Source of the DNA: the human T2T-CHM13v2.0 reference genome, Homo sapiens
NCBI RefSeq assembly: GCF_009914755.1
Contig: NC_060947.1
Length of the DNA stretch: 64,000 nt
Strand: one strand, 5' to 3'
Part shown: positions 61,421 to 64,000 of the stretch, one piece after another
Position numbering within the stretch: position 1 is the stretch's first letter
How the letters are laid out: the number at the start of each line of letters is the position of its first letter
Program-made: the position numbers and the translations under genes
Notes under the pieces: generated by a model
Database searches by the model: none
What the model saw: only the letters and a program-made list of their open reading frames with translations
Told to the model about the DNA's origin: nothing

Positions 61421-64000
61421 TACTGTCCTACCTTAGGGGTATATCAGCTCTCCGGCTTTGTGTCATAATCTTGTTTGAAGAGACCCTGATCGATTTTTGC
61501 TTCCACAAGGTATCACACTGGTCCATTACATTAATTACATTATGCTGATTGGATCCAATGAGCAAGAAGTAGCAAACACATTGGACTTATTGTTGAGACA
61601 TTAGTGTGCCAGGGGATGGGAAATAAATCTGACTAAAATTCAGGGACCTTCTACCTCAGTAAAATGTCTAGGGGTCTAATGGTGTCAGGCTTGTCAAGAT
61701 ATTTCTTCTAAGGTGAAAGATAAGTTGCTGCATTTGGCCCCTCCTATAACCAAGAAAGAGTCACAATGCCCAGTGGGCCTATTTGGATTTTGGAGGCAAC
61801 ACATTCACCCCTTGAATGAAGGTGAGGCCTGGTACCCTTGATGAAAGACCCCACTACACTACTGACTATTTATGCTATTAATCTTTCTCCCACCCTTCCA
61901 CAAGGACACCTCTGGCCTTTTACCAGGGTAACTGTCCACTGGGGAAAGAGAAATGATCAGACATTTCAGGGACTGCTAGACACTGGCTCTGAGCTGATGT
62001 TGATTCCAGGGGACCTAAAATGTCACTGTGGTCTTCCAGTTAATGTAGGGGCTTATGGAGATCAGGTGTTTTAGCTCAGGATGTTTTAGCTCAGCTCTTA
62101 ACTTTCAGTGGGTCCAGTGTGTCCCTGGACTCATCTTGTGATGATTTCCTCTGTGGGAGAATGCATAATTGACATAGGCATTTTTAGCAGCTGGCAGAAC
62201 CGCAATATTGGCTCCCTAACTGGTAGGGTGAGGGCTATGGTGGCAAAGACAAAATGGAAGCCATTGGAGCCGCCTCTATCTAGAAAAATAGTAAATCAAG
62301 AACAATATCACATCCCTGAAGGGATTGCGGAGATCAGTGCCACTATCAAGGACTTGAAAGGTGCAGGGGTGGTGATTCCCACCACATCCCTGTTCAACTC
62401 TTCCGTTTGGCCTGTGAAGAAGATGGACCTTGGAGAATGACAGTGGATTACCATAAGCTTAACCAAGTGGTGACTCCAATTACAGCTGCTGTACCAGATG
62501 TGGTTTTATTGCTTGAGCAAATTAACACATCTCCTGGTACCTGGTATGCAGCCATTTACTTGGAAAATGCTTTTTTCTCCATTCCTTTCCATAAGGTCCA
62601 CCAGAAGCAATTTACCTCCAGCTGGCAAGGCCAGAAATAAACCTTTACTGTCCTACATCAGGGGCATATCAACTCTCTGGCTTTGTGTCATAATCTTAAT
62701 TGGAGAGACCTTGACCGCTTTCACTTCCACAAGATATCACATTGGTCTATTATATTGATGACATTATGCTGATTGGATCCAGTGAGCAAGAAGTAGCAAA
62801 CACGCTGGACTTATTGGCGAGACGTTAGTGCGCCAAAGGATGGAAAATAAATCTGACTAAAATTCAGCGATCTTCTATCTCAGTATAATTTCTAGGGGTC
62901 CAGTGGTGTGGGGACTGTTGAGATATTCCTTCTACGGTGAAGGTGCTGCATTTGGCCCCTCCTACAACCAAGAAAGGGGCACAATGCCTATTGGGCCTAT
63001 TTGGATTTTGAAGGCAACACATTACTTATTTGGTTGTGTTACTCTGGCCCATTTATGACTGCCAGTTTTGAGTGGGGTCCAGAACAGGAGAAGGCTCTGC
63101 AACAGGTCCAGGATGTTATGCAAGCTGCTCTGCCACTTGGGGCATATGATCCAGCAGATCCAATGGTGCTTGAGGTGTCAGTGGCAGTTAGGGAAGCTGT
63201 TTGGAGACTTTGGCAGGTCCCCATAAGTAAATCACAGTGGAGGCCTCCAGGATTTTGGAGCAAAGCCCTGCCACCTTCTGCAGATAACTTCTCTCCTTTT
63301 GAGAGACAGCTCTTGGCCTGTTACTGGGCTTTGGTGGAAACTGAACGTTTGACTAAGGTTCATCAGGTCACCATGTCACCTGAAACACTTATCATGAACT
63401 GGGTGCTTTCTAACCCATCTAACCACAAAGTGGGTCATGGACAGCAGCATTCCATCATCAAATGGAAGTGGTTGTGATTGGAAATATATGTGATTGGGCT
63501 TGAGCAGGTCCCGAAGGCACAAGTTACATGAGGAAGTGGCTCAAATGCCCATGGTCTCCACTCCTGCCACCCTGCCTTCTCTCCCCCAGCCTACACTGAT
63601 GGCCTCATGTGGAGTTCCTATGATCAGTTGACAGAGGAAGAGAAAACTAGGGCCTGGTTCACAGATGGTTTTGCACAATATGCAGGCACCACCTGAAAGT
63701 GGACAGCTGCAGCATGACAGCCCCTTTCTAGGACATCTCTGAAGGACAGCAGTGAAGAGAAAGCTTCCCAGTGGGCAGAACTTTGAACAGTGCACCTGGT
63801 TGTGCACTTTGCATAGAAGGAGAAATGGCCAGATGTGCGATTATGTACTGATTCATGGGCTGTAGCCAATGGTTTGGCGGTATGGTCAGGGACTTGGAAG
63901 AAGCGTGATTGGAAAATTGGTGACAAAGAAATTTGGGGAAGAATTATGTGGATAGACCTCTCTGAATGGTCAAAAACTGTGAAGATATTTGTATCCCATG
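61419..64000 (+). pseudogene. ERVL (HERV-L/ERVL-B4-like) internal pro-pol remnant, many stops and frameshifts
   Basis: Protease GLLDTGSE; [14 protein letters not shown] and YIDD (~62751); connection FEWGPEQEKAL; RNase H AWFTDG (~63650). Confidence 0.9.

Overview
Human genomic DNA: AT-rich, repeat-dense, with no recognisable host protein-coding gene. Species call rests on a human-specific L1HS pre-Ta element plus Alu J/S/Y copies. Main content: (1) a full-length L1HS pre-Ta (6493-12504, 15-bp TSD) with intact ORF1 and ORF0 and an ORF2 broken by one 1-bp deletion; (2) a nested stack of older L1s (5.7-30.3 kb), including a 5'-inverted L1PA4-like copy that forms a ~700-bp inverted repeat with the L1HS 3' end; (3) about ten Alus, MaLR/ERVL/ERV1 LTRs, DNA-transposon relics and an ERVL pro-pol remnant with an internal duplication. 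The most unusual item is a ~100-bp ancient mitochondrial insert (COII end, tRNA-Lys, ATP8 start; 38476-38574) enclosed between inverted L1PA7/8 3'UTR arms with no TSD. Second is an unexplained ~270-bp element present twice about 33 kb apart (2049-2620 and 35271-35520). Repeat subfamily names are from remembered consensus sequences, not a database search, and boundaries of old repeats are approximate.
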